DNA of 25,040 bases from a bacterium (GTDB taxonomy: Bacteria; Latescibacterota; Latescibacteria; Latescibacterales; Latescibacteraceae), in the NCBI GenBank assembly GCA_021372535.1, contig JAJFUH010000146.1:1-25040 (forward strand), read 5' to 3'. Of the stretch, positions 17,621-25,040 are shown one piece after another. Under the pieces are notes generated by a model. It was not told the origin of the DNA. It was given only the letters and a program-made list of their open reading frames with translations, and made no database searches. Numbering within the stretch: position 1 is the first letter of the stretch; each line of letters starts with the position of its first letter. A program made the translations under genes and the position numbers.

Positions 17621-18118
17621 TTATAATATAAGTTCTACTTCTGAGTTTATATCTTTTGTAATAGAAATTGCATACGTAAAAAAATCATCGTTAAGAGATT
17701 CAGCTCGCGAGAGATTAGCATATTCTATATACTTTAGATTTTCCCATCTCATAAAATCCGATGTGGGTACTGTCATAAAACCATCTGCTTGACTTATTGC
17801 CCATGCGTATGTAGAAGGGTTTTTATTTTGCATAGCATATTGAAAATCGATCTTTATAATTTCATAATATAATTCCTTTCCTTTTATCCATTTTTTGGCA
17901 TTCTTTTTTTCATTTTCGTCTTTATAGTTAGCGTTATTATAAATGACATTAAATTCAATCTGCATGCTTTCAACTATTTTAAAAAGCTTAGAAAATTGAA
18001 TCATTGTTGCATCCGAAAGGATTTCTTTGTTTTCATTCATCTCATTTTTCTGTACTTGAGGCTGACACCCATACATTAGAGAAAACACCAACAATAATGA
18101 AAACATTAATCTTTTCAT
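17621..18118 (-). CDS. Orphan small lipoprotein (165 aa; MKRLMFSLLLVFSLMYGC lipobox) in AT-rich island 2.
   Basis: Clean ORF with signal peptide and lipobox cysteine. Composition is very AT-rich relative to the core genes. No domain recognised. Confidence 0.6.
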   Translation of the reverse strand: MKRLMFSLLLVFSLMYGCQPQVQKNEMNENKEILSDATMIQFSKLFKIVESMQIEFNVIYNNANYKDENEKKNAKKWIKGKELYYEIIKIDFQYAMQNKNPSTYAWAISQADGFMTVPTSDFMRWENLKYIEYANLSRAESLNDDFFTYAISITKDINSEVELIL

Positions 18119-18582
18119 TACATTTCTCCTTTTTGGGGTGTAACAAAATAATATACTCTTTAATAATTTAATATGTACAGATGTTTCGTAAAAAACAAGA
18201 AAAAAGTGTCGATTTTTCGTATACTTTTTGTTTTTCCACTGAGTGTGTACTTACTCTTTTTATTCTCTGATCTCTTTTAACATCACGAGCAAGTTTTCAG
18301 GTGCTTTTGAAGCATCTTCAGGAGTATAACAAGCCAGTCTTACAGTTTTCTAACAAGTCTTTATAAGTAGTATGTCTTATGTGTGATTTCTGTCAGTCTA
18401 CAGAACTCACGCATAGTGTTATATAAGCTTATACCAAGTTGTGGTCATACAGGTAACTATAGCAACTCATTGATTATTAATGCTAAAACAGGTTCAGCAT
18501 GACGGCGCTCATGTCACCCTGAATTTATTTCAGGGTCTATTGCATACGTTATTACTTCATTGAACGCATTTTGATATGAGAT

Positions 18583-18614
18583 AAAAAAAAGGCACCCCGC
18601 AACAGGATGCCTTT
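18583..18614 (-). terminator. Rho-independent terminator for the CRTAC1-like gene. On the minus strand it reads AGGCAUCC-uguugc-GGGGUGCCU followed by U9.
   Basis: ~8-bp stem (one G·U pair) plus a 9-nt T-tract, ~25 nt after stop 18639. Confidence 0.75.
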
Positions 18615-18638
18615 TATCAACCGCTGTATTTCCACTGT

Positions 18639-20210
18639 TTATTTCGGTTCGACAATCTTTATCGTCTGTCCAGCCGCAACGTTTTTCTCAATGGCTTCTT
18701 TACCGGAGGGGAACTTGACGACGACATCGTATTTCTTTGTCGCGTCGACACCGAAATGCTGCTGGAGCGGGTTGCCGGGGAATGTTCCGCTGCCCGCTAT
18801 CACCTCACGGAATCCACGGAGCGCCTTCGAATCCTTCGCCCTTCCGGCATCGTAGACCCACACCTTGCTCATGACCGCGGAACGGTTCGAGGTTGTCCCT
18901 TCGAGGTTGACTTTCAGGAAGTTCTTGTTATTCGTTTTGTTCTCGAAAAGAAACCACTTTCCGGGATTGCTTGCGCTCTGCCTGCGCCAGTTGCCGCCGA
19001 CAAGGTCGAGGTCGCCGTCGCCGTCGAGGTCGCCGAGCGCCAGTCCATGCCCGTAAAACCACGATCCGCCGGTTTTTTCATGGGATTCGGTGAATTTCCC
19101 CGTGCCGTCGTTGATGAGAACGAGCGCATCGAACCAGCTGTTGGTGACTATGATGTCGAGGTCGCCGTCATTGTCGATATCGCCCATAGTGCAGCCGCGG
19201 GAATTGGTCTCGATGTCGACACCCGCCTGATGCGAAACATCGGTGAATGTGCCGTTCCCGTTGTTGCGGAACAGCGAGTTGGCGCCCCATTTCTTGTCGG
19301 GGTACACCGGGCCGGCGCTGTTGGCGAGAAACAGGTCCTGGTCGCCGTCGTTGTCGACATCGCCCCAGAAACAGGTGATGTTGGTGCCCTGCGCGGCAAG
19401 CCCGAGCTCTTTTGTGACATCGGTGAATGTGCCGTCTCCGTTGTTGCGGTAGAGGACGCGGGTGAGCGGCTCATTGGGATTGTCGTTGATGTTCCCGACA
19501 TACAGATCGGGATCGCCGTCGTTGTCGTAATCGCAGAAGGAGCAGCAGTAGCCGTTGCCGCGGTCGGCGACACCGGCCTTCACACCGATATCGGTGAACG
19601 TGCCGTCTCCGTTGTTCACATAGAGGGAGTTGGCGCAGTCCATGCCGCTGCGGTACCCGCCCTCGGAAACATAGATATCGAGCAGACCGTCGCCGTTGAC
19701 ATCGGCGGTCGTCACACCGCACGAATAATTCGGTCCTCCCATGAGACCGGCCTTTTTAGCGCATTCAACGAATCCCTCATCATAGCCGAGATAGAACGAG
19801 TTGGGCTGGTCTGTCTCGCCGCGTATCTGCGTCAGGGCTTCGAGATTGTTCGCCACAAACAGGTCGAGATAGCCGTTGTTATCGAAATCGGCCCAGACAA
19901 TGCCGTGGGTGTCGTGAATATCGTCGACACGCATGACCCGGGACATGTCCTTGAATTTGAGGTTTCCCTCGTTCTGGAACAGCTTGTTATAGGAATAGAC
20001 CACGCTCACGTAGATGTCAAGGTCGCCGTCTCTGTCCCAGTCACCCATTGCAATGCATTTTCCCCAGCCCTGGTGATCGAACCCCGACCCATCGGTCACA
20101 TCACGGAATATCGTGCCGTTGAGAAACAGATTCCTCGGCTCGTACTGCGCATATACGGCGCATGCAGCCACTACCGTAAGAATCAGCGCGAAAATAAGCA
20201 CACGTTTCAT
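18639..20210 (-). CDS. CRTAC1-family secreted protein with multiple FG-GAP/VCBS-type repeats (F(T)DVT…G….GDxDNDGDxDL.V.N) and a C-terminal ASPIC/UnbV domain.
   Basis: Signal peptide MKRVLIFALILTVVAACAVYA. Repeated DxDNDGDxD Ca-binding loops. C-terminal UnbV-like segment. AAGGAGTG RBS. Confidence 0.85.
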   Translation of the reverse strand: MKRVLIFALILTVVAACAVYAQYEPRNLFLNGTIFRDVTDGSGFDHQGWGKCIAMGDWDRDGDLDIYVSVVYSYNKLFQNEGNLKFKDMSRVMRVDDIHDTHGIVWADFDNNGYLDLFVANNLEALTQIRGETDQPNSFYLGYDEGFVECAKKAGLMGGPNYSCGVTTADVNGDGLLDIYVSEGGYRSGMDCANSLYVNNGDGTFTDIGVKAGVADRGNGYCCSFCDYDNDGDPDLYVGNINDNPNEPLTRVLYRNNGDGTFTDVTKELGLAAQGTNITCFWGDVDNDGDQDLFLANSAGPVYPDKKWGANSLFRNNGNGTFTDVSHQAGVDIETNSRGCTMGDIDNDGDLDIIVTNSWFDALVLINDGTGKFTESHEKTGGSWFYGHGLALGDLDGDGDLDLVGGNWRRQSASNPGKWFLFENKTNNKNFLKVNLEGTTSNRSAVMSKVWVYDAGRAKDSKALRGFREVIAGSGTFPGNPLQQHFGVDATKKYDVVVKFPSGKEAIEKNVAAGQTIKIVEPK

Positions 20211-20329
20211 AAATCACTCCTTCATACCGGTTGTTTAAAAAATAATCAGTAAATATATTTCGCCAAAAAAATGACAGTGTCAAGAAATATAAGATATTCC
20301 GGGTATCAAGTTAAATCAGCACACATCAT

Positions 20330-20430
20330 TGATCCCCCTCGGCTTCGCGTATCCCCCTTATAAAACAAAGAGGGAGCCGATCCATTTTCCCCCCTTAAAA
20401 AGGGGGGATGCCGCAGGCAGGGGGGATAAT
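20330..20430. promoter_or_regulatory. Cluster of five C6/G6 tracts. ATCCCCC occurs three times (the third, at ~20379-20392, is interrupted) and GGGGGGAT twice. A perfect nested hairpin CCCCCCTT-aaa-AAGGGGGG sits at ~20387-20407. The outer tracts can pair in alternative ways.
   Basis: Seen directly. The cluster lies ~120 nt upstream of the CRTAC1-like gene start and ~110 nt downstream of the phosphohexomutase stop. No adjacent U-tract, so it is not a canonical terminator. Confidence 0.35.
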
Positions 20431-20542
20431 ATGCTATCGGGAAAAAATATCAACTTTGATTTAAAAAGGTTCTCATGCTTACCAAACTGGATAACCGGAT
20501 TCTTTTTTTGATATGGGAACATTACTTCGGGAGGAACAGTGT

Positions 20543-21877
20543 TTATCGACCGATCACCTTGAACACTTTATCGACCAGTCCCTTCGCTTCTTCCGTAGTC
20601 GGAGCCTCGGCTATGATCCTTACCACCGGTTCGGTGTTGGACCCGCGAACATGGACCCAGGAAACGGGGAATATGATCTTGATACCATCCCTGGCATCCA
20701 TTTTCTCTCCGGCAAAAGCGGCTTTGAGCGGCTCGATCCATGTTCCTTTTGCGGAAATGGCAGCTTTTTCCTTGATCATCGAATAGCGGGGGAACTCATC
20801 GGCCAGAGCGCTGACCGTTTTGTCCCGCTCAGCCATGATCTGAAGGATGAGCGCCATGCCGAGAACCGCATCACGCCCGTAATGGAGAGAAGGAAAAATC
20901 ACTCCGCCGTTTCCCTCGCCTCCTATTGCGGCGCTGTATTCGCGCATGGTTTCCACTACATTGATCTCACCGACCGGCGAGCGATAGACAACCGAACCGT
21001 GCCGGGCGGCAGCATCGTCGATCAGACGTGATGTCGAAAGGTTGCAGGCAGCCGGTTTACCCGTCTTATCCATGATGTAATCGGCGGCAAGCGCCAGTGT
21101 GTATTCCTCACCGAGTGCCTCGCCCCGTTCGTTGACGATTGACAGGCGGTCCACATCGGGATCGACAGCGAATCCGACATCAGCGTCGCATTCCCTGACA
21201 AAGGAGCAGAGATCGCCGATATTTTCCGCAACCGGCTCGGCGCCATGGGGAAACTGACCGGTGGGCTCGGCATAGAGAGCATGAACCGTGCATCCGAGGC
21301 GATCGAGCAGCTCGCCACAGATCGATCCACCCGCGCCGTGAACCGTATCGACACATACCGTAAAACCGCGCGAGGCTATCAGATCACGGTCAATCACATC
21401 GAGATCGAGAACAGCCTCGATATGGTAATCGTCCGCAAAACACCATGACGATAACGATACGGTGGAAGATGCAGCTTCGCCGGGCGATGTCGATTCATAT
21501 TTTTTTACCAGTTCGGCACCCTGTGAAGCGTTGAGAAAAATTCCATCCGGCCCGAGAAATTTGAGGCCGTTCCATTCGCCGGGATTATGACTTGCGGTGA
21601 TGATGATTCCTCCCGAGGCGCGACAGGCGACCACAGCCATTTCGGTCGTCGGCGTCGATGCGATCCCAAGATCGATTATATCGGAACCGGCGCAGGTCAG
21701 TCCTTCGATAACCGCCTGAGTGATAATGGGGCCGCTCACACGGGAATCTCTGCCGACGATAACCTTTTTACCGTAGAGCTGCCCGAAAACACATGCAAAC
21801 CGCTGTGCTATCTCCTCTGTCAAACCATCCCCGTAAACTCCCCGGACACCGGATATTCCTATCATCAAACGAGGCAC
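20543..21877 (-). CDS. Alpha-D-phosphohexomutase family enzyme (phosphoglucomutase, phosphomannomutase or phosphoglucosamine mutase).
   Basis: Active-site phosphoserine motif TASHNPGEWNGLKF, four-domain length (~444 aa), GTG start with GGGAGGA RBS. Confidence 0.85.
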   Translation of the reverse strand: MPRLMIGISGVRGVYGDGLTEEIAQRFACVFGQLYGKKVIVGRDSRVSGPIITQAVIEGLTCAGSDIIDLGIASTPTTEMAVVACRASGGIIITASHNPGEWNGLKFLGPDGIFLNASQGAELVKKYESTSPGEAASSTVSLSSWCFADDYHIEAVLDLDVIDRDLIASRGFTVCVDTVHGAGGSICGELLDRLGCTVHALYAEPTGQFPHGAEPVAENIGDLCSFVRECDADVGFAVDPDVDRLSIVNERGEALGEEYTLALAADYIMDKTGKPAACNLSTSRLIDDAAARHGSVVYRSPVGEINVVETMREYSAAIGGEGNGGVIFPSLHYGRDAVLGMALILQIMAERDKTVSALADEFPRYSMIKEKAAISAKGTWIEPLKAAFAGEKMDARDGIKIIFPVSWVHVRGSNTEPVVRIIAEAPTTEEAKGLVDKVFKVIGR

Positions 21878-21965
21878 ATAATCCTCCCATAATCACACAT
21901 AAAATCAGCCGACTCTTTTTAACCCGATATTATGGTGTATTCGTCCTATGCAGATTACTATGGAA

Positions 21966-22760
21966 TCAGTGTTTGTCAACGAACCGTACATACCCGAACC
22001 GCTCGGGAACATGGTATGAGAAGAGCTTGAGCGGAGACCATCCTGACAGCTCGATATTATCGTCCCCGGTTCGGGAGCGCTCGTAACGGTTAATGTTGAT
22101 ACGCCAGACATCGCCCGGTTTCGGAGGAATGTTCGCCGAACCGGCAATTTTTCCGAAACCTTTCCAGGGCAGAGCGAACTCGAAAACAGAGCCGAGATCG
22201 GTGTCCTGTCTGTTGTTTATGGTGCCGTAATTCACGACAGCATGCTGCATTCCTTCAAGCGTCCATGTATAGAGATCGGTCCAGTCCACGGGGGAACCGT
22301 CCTGGTATTTGAAATCATTCCGCGGAATCCAGAGATCGTTGATGGTGTTGAGACAGTTTATATGGATTTCGGCATAATCCTTGCCATCACCATCGGGATC
22401 GATAAACAGCTCGACAGTCTCCTCCTGGCAGAGGCAGTCCTTGTCCCTGATGGTCATGGTGCTCCAGATATCTGGATCATCCACGGTAACGAGGATATAG
22501 AGATTATCCTCGTCCCAGAGCATCTTCGCGCATGTCCGGAAACCGACGGTAAGGTCGCCTTTTTTCTGGAATCTCGTAAATTCTCCGACCTCGGGCGCAA
22601 GCTGCCAGGCAAATTCATCGCCGACACCATCAACGACAATCGACCCGCTTTTCACCATGCAGTCGTAATGACGTTCCCAGTCGACATCCTCGACCTGAGC
22701 CCATGCCGATGTTTCCATCCCTAAAAACATGCAAAGTAAAGTAAAAATCCCCTTTTTCAT
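21966..22760 (-). CDS. Secreted carbohydrate-binding family 9 (CBM9/DOMON-like) domain protein.
   Basis: Signal peptide MKKGIFTLLCMFLGMETSAWA. A CBM9-like pattern (VDG…DEFAW……LWDEDNLYI…ELFIDPDGDGKDY.E) recognised by eye. Confidence 0.7.
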   Translation of the reverse strand: MKKGIFTLLCMFLGMETSAWAQVEDVDWERHYDCMVKSGSIVVDGVGDEFAWQLAPEVGEFTRFQKKGDLTVGFRTCAKMLWDEDNLYILVTVDDPDIWSTMTIRDKDCLCQEETVELFIDPDGDGKDYAEIHINCLNTINDLWIPRNDFKYQDGSPVDWTDLYTWTLEGMQHAVVNYGTINNRQDTDLGSVFEFALPWKGFGKIAGSANIPPKPGDVWRININRYERSRTGDDNIELSGWSPLKLFSYHVPERFGYVRFVDKH

Positions 22761-23045
22761 ACGTGTTCCCTTTCATAAAACACGGCGTTGAAATATAAAT
22801 TCAGCATTTTCGTCTCATTGTAAAAGTTATACCGGATCACTAATGAAAAAACGCCGTAAAGCATAAAGGCACAAAAAGACATAATAGATTATTAATACTA
22901 TATTTAGTGATAATTATCCATCAGGGTCAGATAATACAAATCCGCGAAAACCCACCCGATAAGCGAAAAACAGTATTCCAGTAAATTTGTAAATTGAATG
23001 GATTGTACAAAGAAAAAAATAAATTATATAAAAGTAAAGCCTTAT

Positions 23046-23150
23046 TTAATGCTTCGGTTATTTAACAGTGACATCGGATGACGTTATACCGAACTTGTTT
23101 CGGCATCTATTCCTGATATCGGTATCATAATTTATTCGCCGGAGCAATAA
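23046..23150. repeat. Copy B of the inverted-repeat-bounded ~105-nt intergenic element. TTAATGCTTCGG pairs with CGCCGGAGCAATAA, and the core carries GTGACATCGGATGACGTT. An imperfect hairpin with a 12-bp stem (GGGCGGTGAAAA-agaatc-TTTTCACACGCCC) follows at ~23165-23195.
   Basis: Aligned by eye to copy A at 6922..7025. Confidence 0.7.
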
Positions 23151-23219
23151 TGCCTATAATAAAAGAGGGCGGTGAAAAAGAATCTTTTCACACGCCCGAT
23201 CCCGATACTGTTCCGGCAG

Positions 23220-24101
23220 TTATTTATTGAGAATCATCGGTACGCTTTTCAGATCATCGGGGATGATGATGATTGTATTGTTGGGCGAATTGATAAGCTG
23301 CTTGAGCATTTCGATACGATACCACTGAATGTAGCTCGAAGTCAGTCCCTGGGCGATAATCTTGTTTGCATCGCTGATACCGACCGCTTCGATTTTTTTC
23401 CGCTCGGCCTCGCGTTCCTCTTTCTGGAGCACGAATACCATTTTCTGGGCTTCCTGTTCGGCTTTGAGTTTTTCCTCGATAGCGTTGGTCACCATATCGG
23501 GAAGCCTGATACTCCTCAGGAGCACCTTTTCGATGATAATGCCGCGTTCCGTGAGAGACTGCTGAAGATCCTCATAGAGGGCCTGGGTTATGATTTCCCT
23601 TCCCGCCGTATAGAGGGCCTTGGCATCATAGCGCACCGATACCGTGCGGGCGGCGCTCCTGAACGAAGGCAGAATCACGATTCTGTCAAACTGCGGGCCT
23701 ATCGTCCTGAATATTTCCGAAGCATTATCGGGTTTGATCCGGTACAGAATCGAAACATCGAGATCGACCTGAAGACCTTCCTGGGAAGGCACATTCATGG
23801 TTTCCTGCATTTCCTTTGTTTTTATCGAAAATGTATGGACACGCATCAGGGGATTGACCAGGTTGACACCCGAATTGATTTCCCTGTCCGATACTTTTCC
23901 GAAGAGGTCGAGTACTCCGACTTCACCCGGGCCGATAATTCTCAAACAGCTCCCGGCAAAGAGGATTATTCCGAGCACAATGCCGATTTTTCCGAACAGG
24001 GTGATGGATGAAGCCCGAAAATCCCCTCTTTTATGAGCGGCATTTCCGATAATAATGAAAATGGCACTAATGATAATAACAACCAGGCCGGCAAAAAACA
24101 T
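23220..24101 (-). CDS. SPFH/band-7 (prohibitin/stomatin-like) family membrane protein with an N-terminal TM anchor.
   Basis: Typical SPFH core (…GEVGV…VNLVNP…VHTFSIKT…) with a C-terminal coiled-coil, an EQEA-rich segment. GGAGG RBS. No adjacent NfeD-like partner gene. Confidence 0.8.
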   Translation of the reverse strand: MFFAGLVVIIISAIFIIIGNAAHKRGDFRASSITLFGKIGIVLGIILFAGSCLRIIGPGEVGVLDLFGKVSDREINSGVNLVNPLMRVHTFSIKTKEMQETMNVPSQEGLQVDLDVSILYRIKPDNASEIFRTIGPQFDRIVILPSFRSAARTVSVRYDAKALYTAGREIITQALYEDLQQSLTERGIIIEKVLLRSIRLPDMVTNAIEEKLKAEQEAQKMVFVLQKEEREAERKKIEAVGISDANKIIAQGLTSSYIQWYRIEMLKQLINSPNNTIIIIPDDLKSVPMILNK

Positions 24102-24550
24102 AGTATAGCCTCCGCTGTTTAATTGTGTATGGTACAGTCACAGATTCCGTTTCTTTTATTACTACAGAAAACCTTAGCAATTTATTCATCTGCTTCCAAA
24201 ATGGCTCATAAACCGGTGAAAGTCAATTAACGTTTTTCCGGGGATATGTAACGGACATCACTGCTTTCCCGTCAGGTTCATGGTATTATTGCTCTGGCGA
24301 ACATGCAGTCATAGTGAAGGGTCTCATGATATATCATGTCCGTGTCCATTTTCTCAACGGTGCCGTAAACATATCCACCGGAGCGGTATGATCGATTAAT
24401 CCCGATGAAACACCATATCTTTTCATAAAAACAGGAACAAACTTATACAATGAAACGTACAATGTAGGTAAAAAGTGATAGCTCTATGTATCCTGAAATA
24501 CTATATTGATATAAAAGTATAAAAACGGTAAATATATTATTGGATGAATT

Positions 24551-25040
24551 ATGGATATGATAAAAAAGACAATTGGTTTACTGTACATAATTTTCCTCAC
24601 GGCAGTGAATATACAGGCGGAACCTTCAGTCCCTTGTATCAAATGCGGTACTCCCGATCTTCTGTTACAGCTTCGGACAGGAGTGGCAAAAACTGCCGGC
24701 AGGCCTGTCATGCAGGTTTCTCTGCTCTCTTCGGAAGGGCATTTCAGAGTACATTACGATTCCACGGGCGTCAACAAACCGGCTCCGACCGACACCGACC
24801 GTAACGGTGTCCCCGATTATATCGATTCAACCCTTGTCTACCTCGAATATGCATGGAATCTTGAAGTCAATCAGCTCGGTTACGAAGAGCCTTTATCCGA
24901 CGACGGTATCGGCGGTGGCGACGAGATCGACATTTACATACTGGATTTCGGCAAGGGCGGGTATGGAATAACATTCCCCGACCATCCGCAGAATGGCATG
25001 GCATCGGCATATATCGAACTGGACAACAATTATGCCGAAA
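24551..25040 (+). CDS. N-terminal fragment of a secreted protein; the gene runs off the window end. It begins MDMIKKTIGLLYIIFLTAVNIQA and contains …HFRVHYDSTGVNKPAPTDTDRNGVPDYIDSTLVYLEYAWNLEVNQLGYEEP…GGGDEIDIYILDFG…. This may be the N-terminal region of a secreted hydrolase or protease, but I cannot assign a family.
   Basis: My hand translation from ATG 24551 is open to position 25040 and starts with a signal peptide. The ORF track omits it because the ORF is incomplete. Confidence 0.6.
   Translation, partial: MDMIKKTIGLLYIIFLTAVNIQAEPSVPCIKCGTPDLLLQLRTGVAKTAGRPVMQVSLLSSEGHFRVHYDSTGVNKPAPTDTDRNGVPDYIDSTLVYLEYAWNLEVNQLGYEEPLSDDGIGGGDEIDIYILDFGKGGYGITFPDHPQNGMASAYIELDNNYAE

Noticed and set aside
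16924-18638. Looked for a tRNA or tmRNA gene at the boundaries of the AT-rich islands, since this is a common integration target, and for an integrase or transposase.
   Set aside because: No T-arm-like GGTTCGAATCC-type motif with appropriate stems was found. A TTCGAATAA near 17428 lacks flanking stems. No integrase- or transposase-like ORF exists in the window.
18756-20252. 498-aa + strand ORF overlapping the CRTAC1-like gene, plus similar antisense ORFs at 14668-15522, 15835-16512, 6220-6837, 23172-24011, 20513-21031 and 12489-12938.
   Set aside because: These are typical long shadow ORFs opposite GC-rich genes. Their translations are Arg/Ala/Val/Gly-rich without motifs, whereas the opposite-strand genes carry clear domains and RBSs.
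20387-20407. CCCCCCTT-aaa-AAGGGGGG hairpin as an intrinsic terminator for the phosphohexomutase gene; also G-quadruplex or i-motif potential of the G/C tracts.
   Set aside because: No U-tract follows the hairpin on either strand. Only 2-3 G-runs per strand with long spacers, so a canonical four-run quadruplex is not supported.
1-25040. CRISPR array or other regularly spaced direct-repeat array.
   Set aside because: No run of three or more evenly spaced repeats of 20-40 nt was seen. The repeats found are dispersed or two-copy.

Overview
This 25 kb window appears to come from a bacterium of the FCB superphylum, judging by two proteins with clear type-IX-secretion (T9SS) C-terminal sorting domains. 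Core genes run at roughly 55-60% G+C by eye. The window is rich in secreted and surface proteins. These include a large InlB-B-repeat/Fn3 surface lipoprotein (partial), a FlgD-Ig-like T9SS cargo, a Reg_prop-type beta-propeller T9SS cargo, a CRTAC1-like FG-GAP/ASPIC-UnbV protein, a CBM9-like protein and a secreted-protein fragment at the 3' edge. It also contains a four-gene CUT2-type sugar ABC transporter operon with a translationally coupled ATPase/permease pair, led by an unknown lipoprotein. A co-directional cluster follows: HD-GYP c-di-GMP phosphodiesterase, unknown Tat-signal protein, flavodoxin, unknown membrane protein. A phosphohexomutase and an SPFH/band-7 protein complete the gene set. 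No rRNA, tRNA, CRISPR array or transposase gene is visible. The most unusual signals are non-coding. (1) A ~105-nt element with terminal inverted repeats and a conserved core carrying a 10-bp-phased direct repeat occurs in two unrelated intergenic regions at about 80% identity. (2) Short CGGATTT-containing motifs from the same family (a 17-mer and a 22-mer, each recurring with a single mismatch) are dispersed through most long intergenic regions. (3) Two sharply AT-rich islands each carry one orphan membrane- or lipid-anchored protein, and one island is flanked by a perfect 10-bp direct repeat. (4) A cluster of C6/G6 tracts with nested complementarity lies upstream of the CRTAC1-like gene. Coordinates of short motifs are accurate to about ±1-2 nt.
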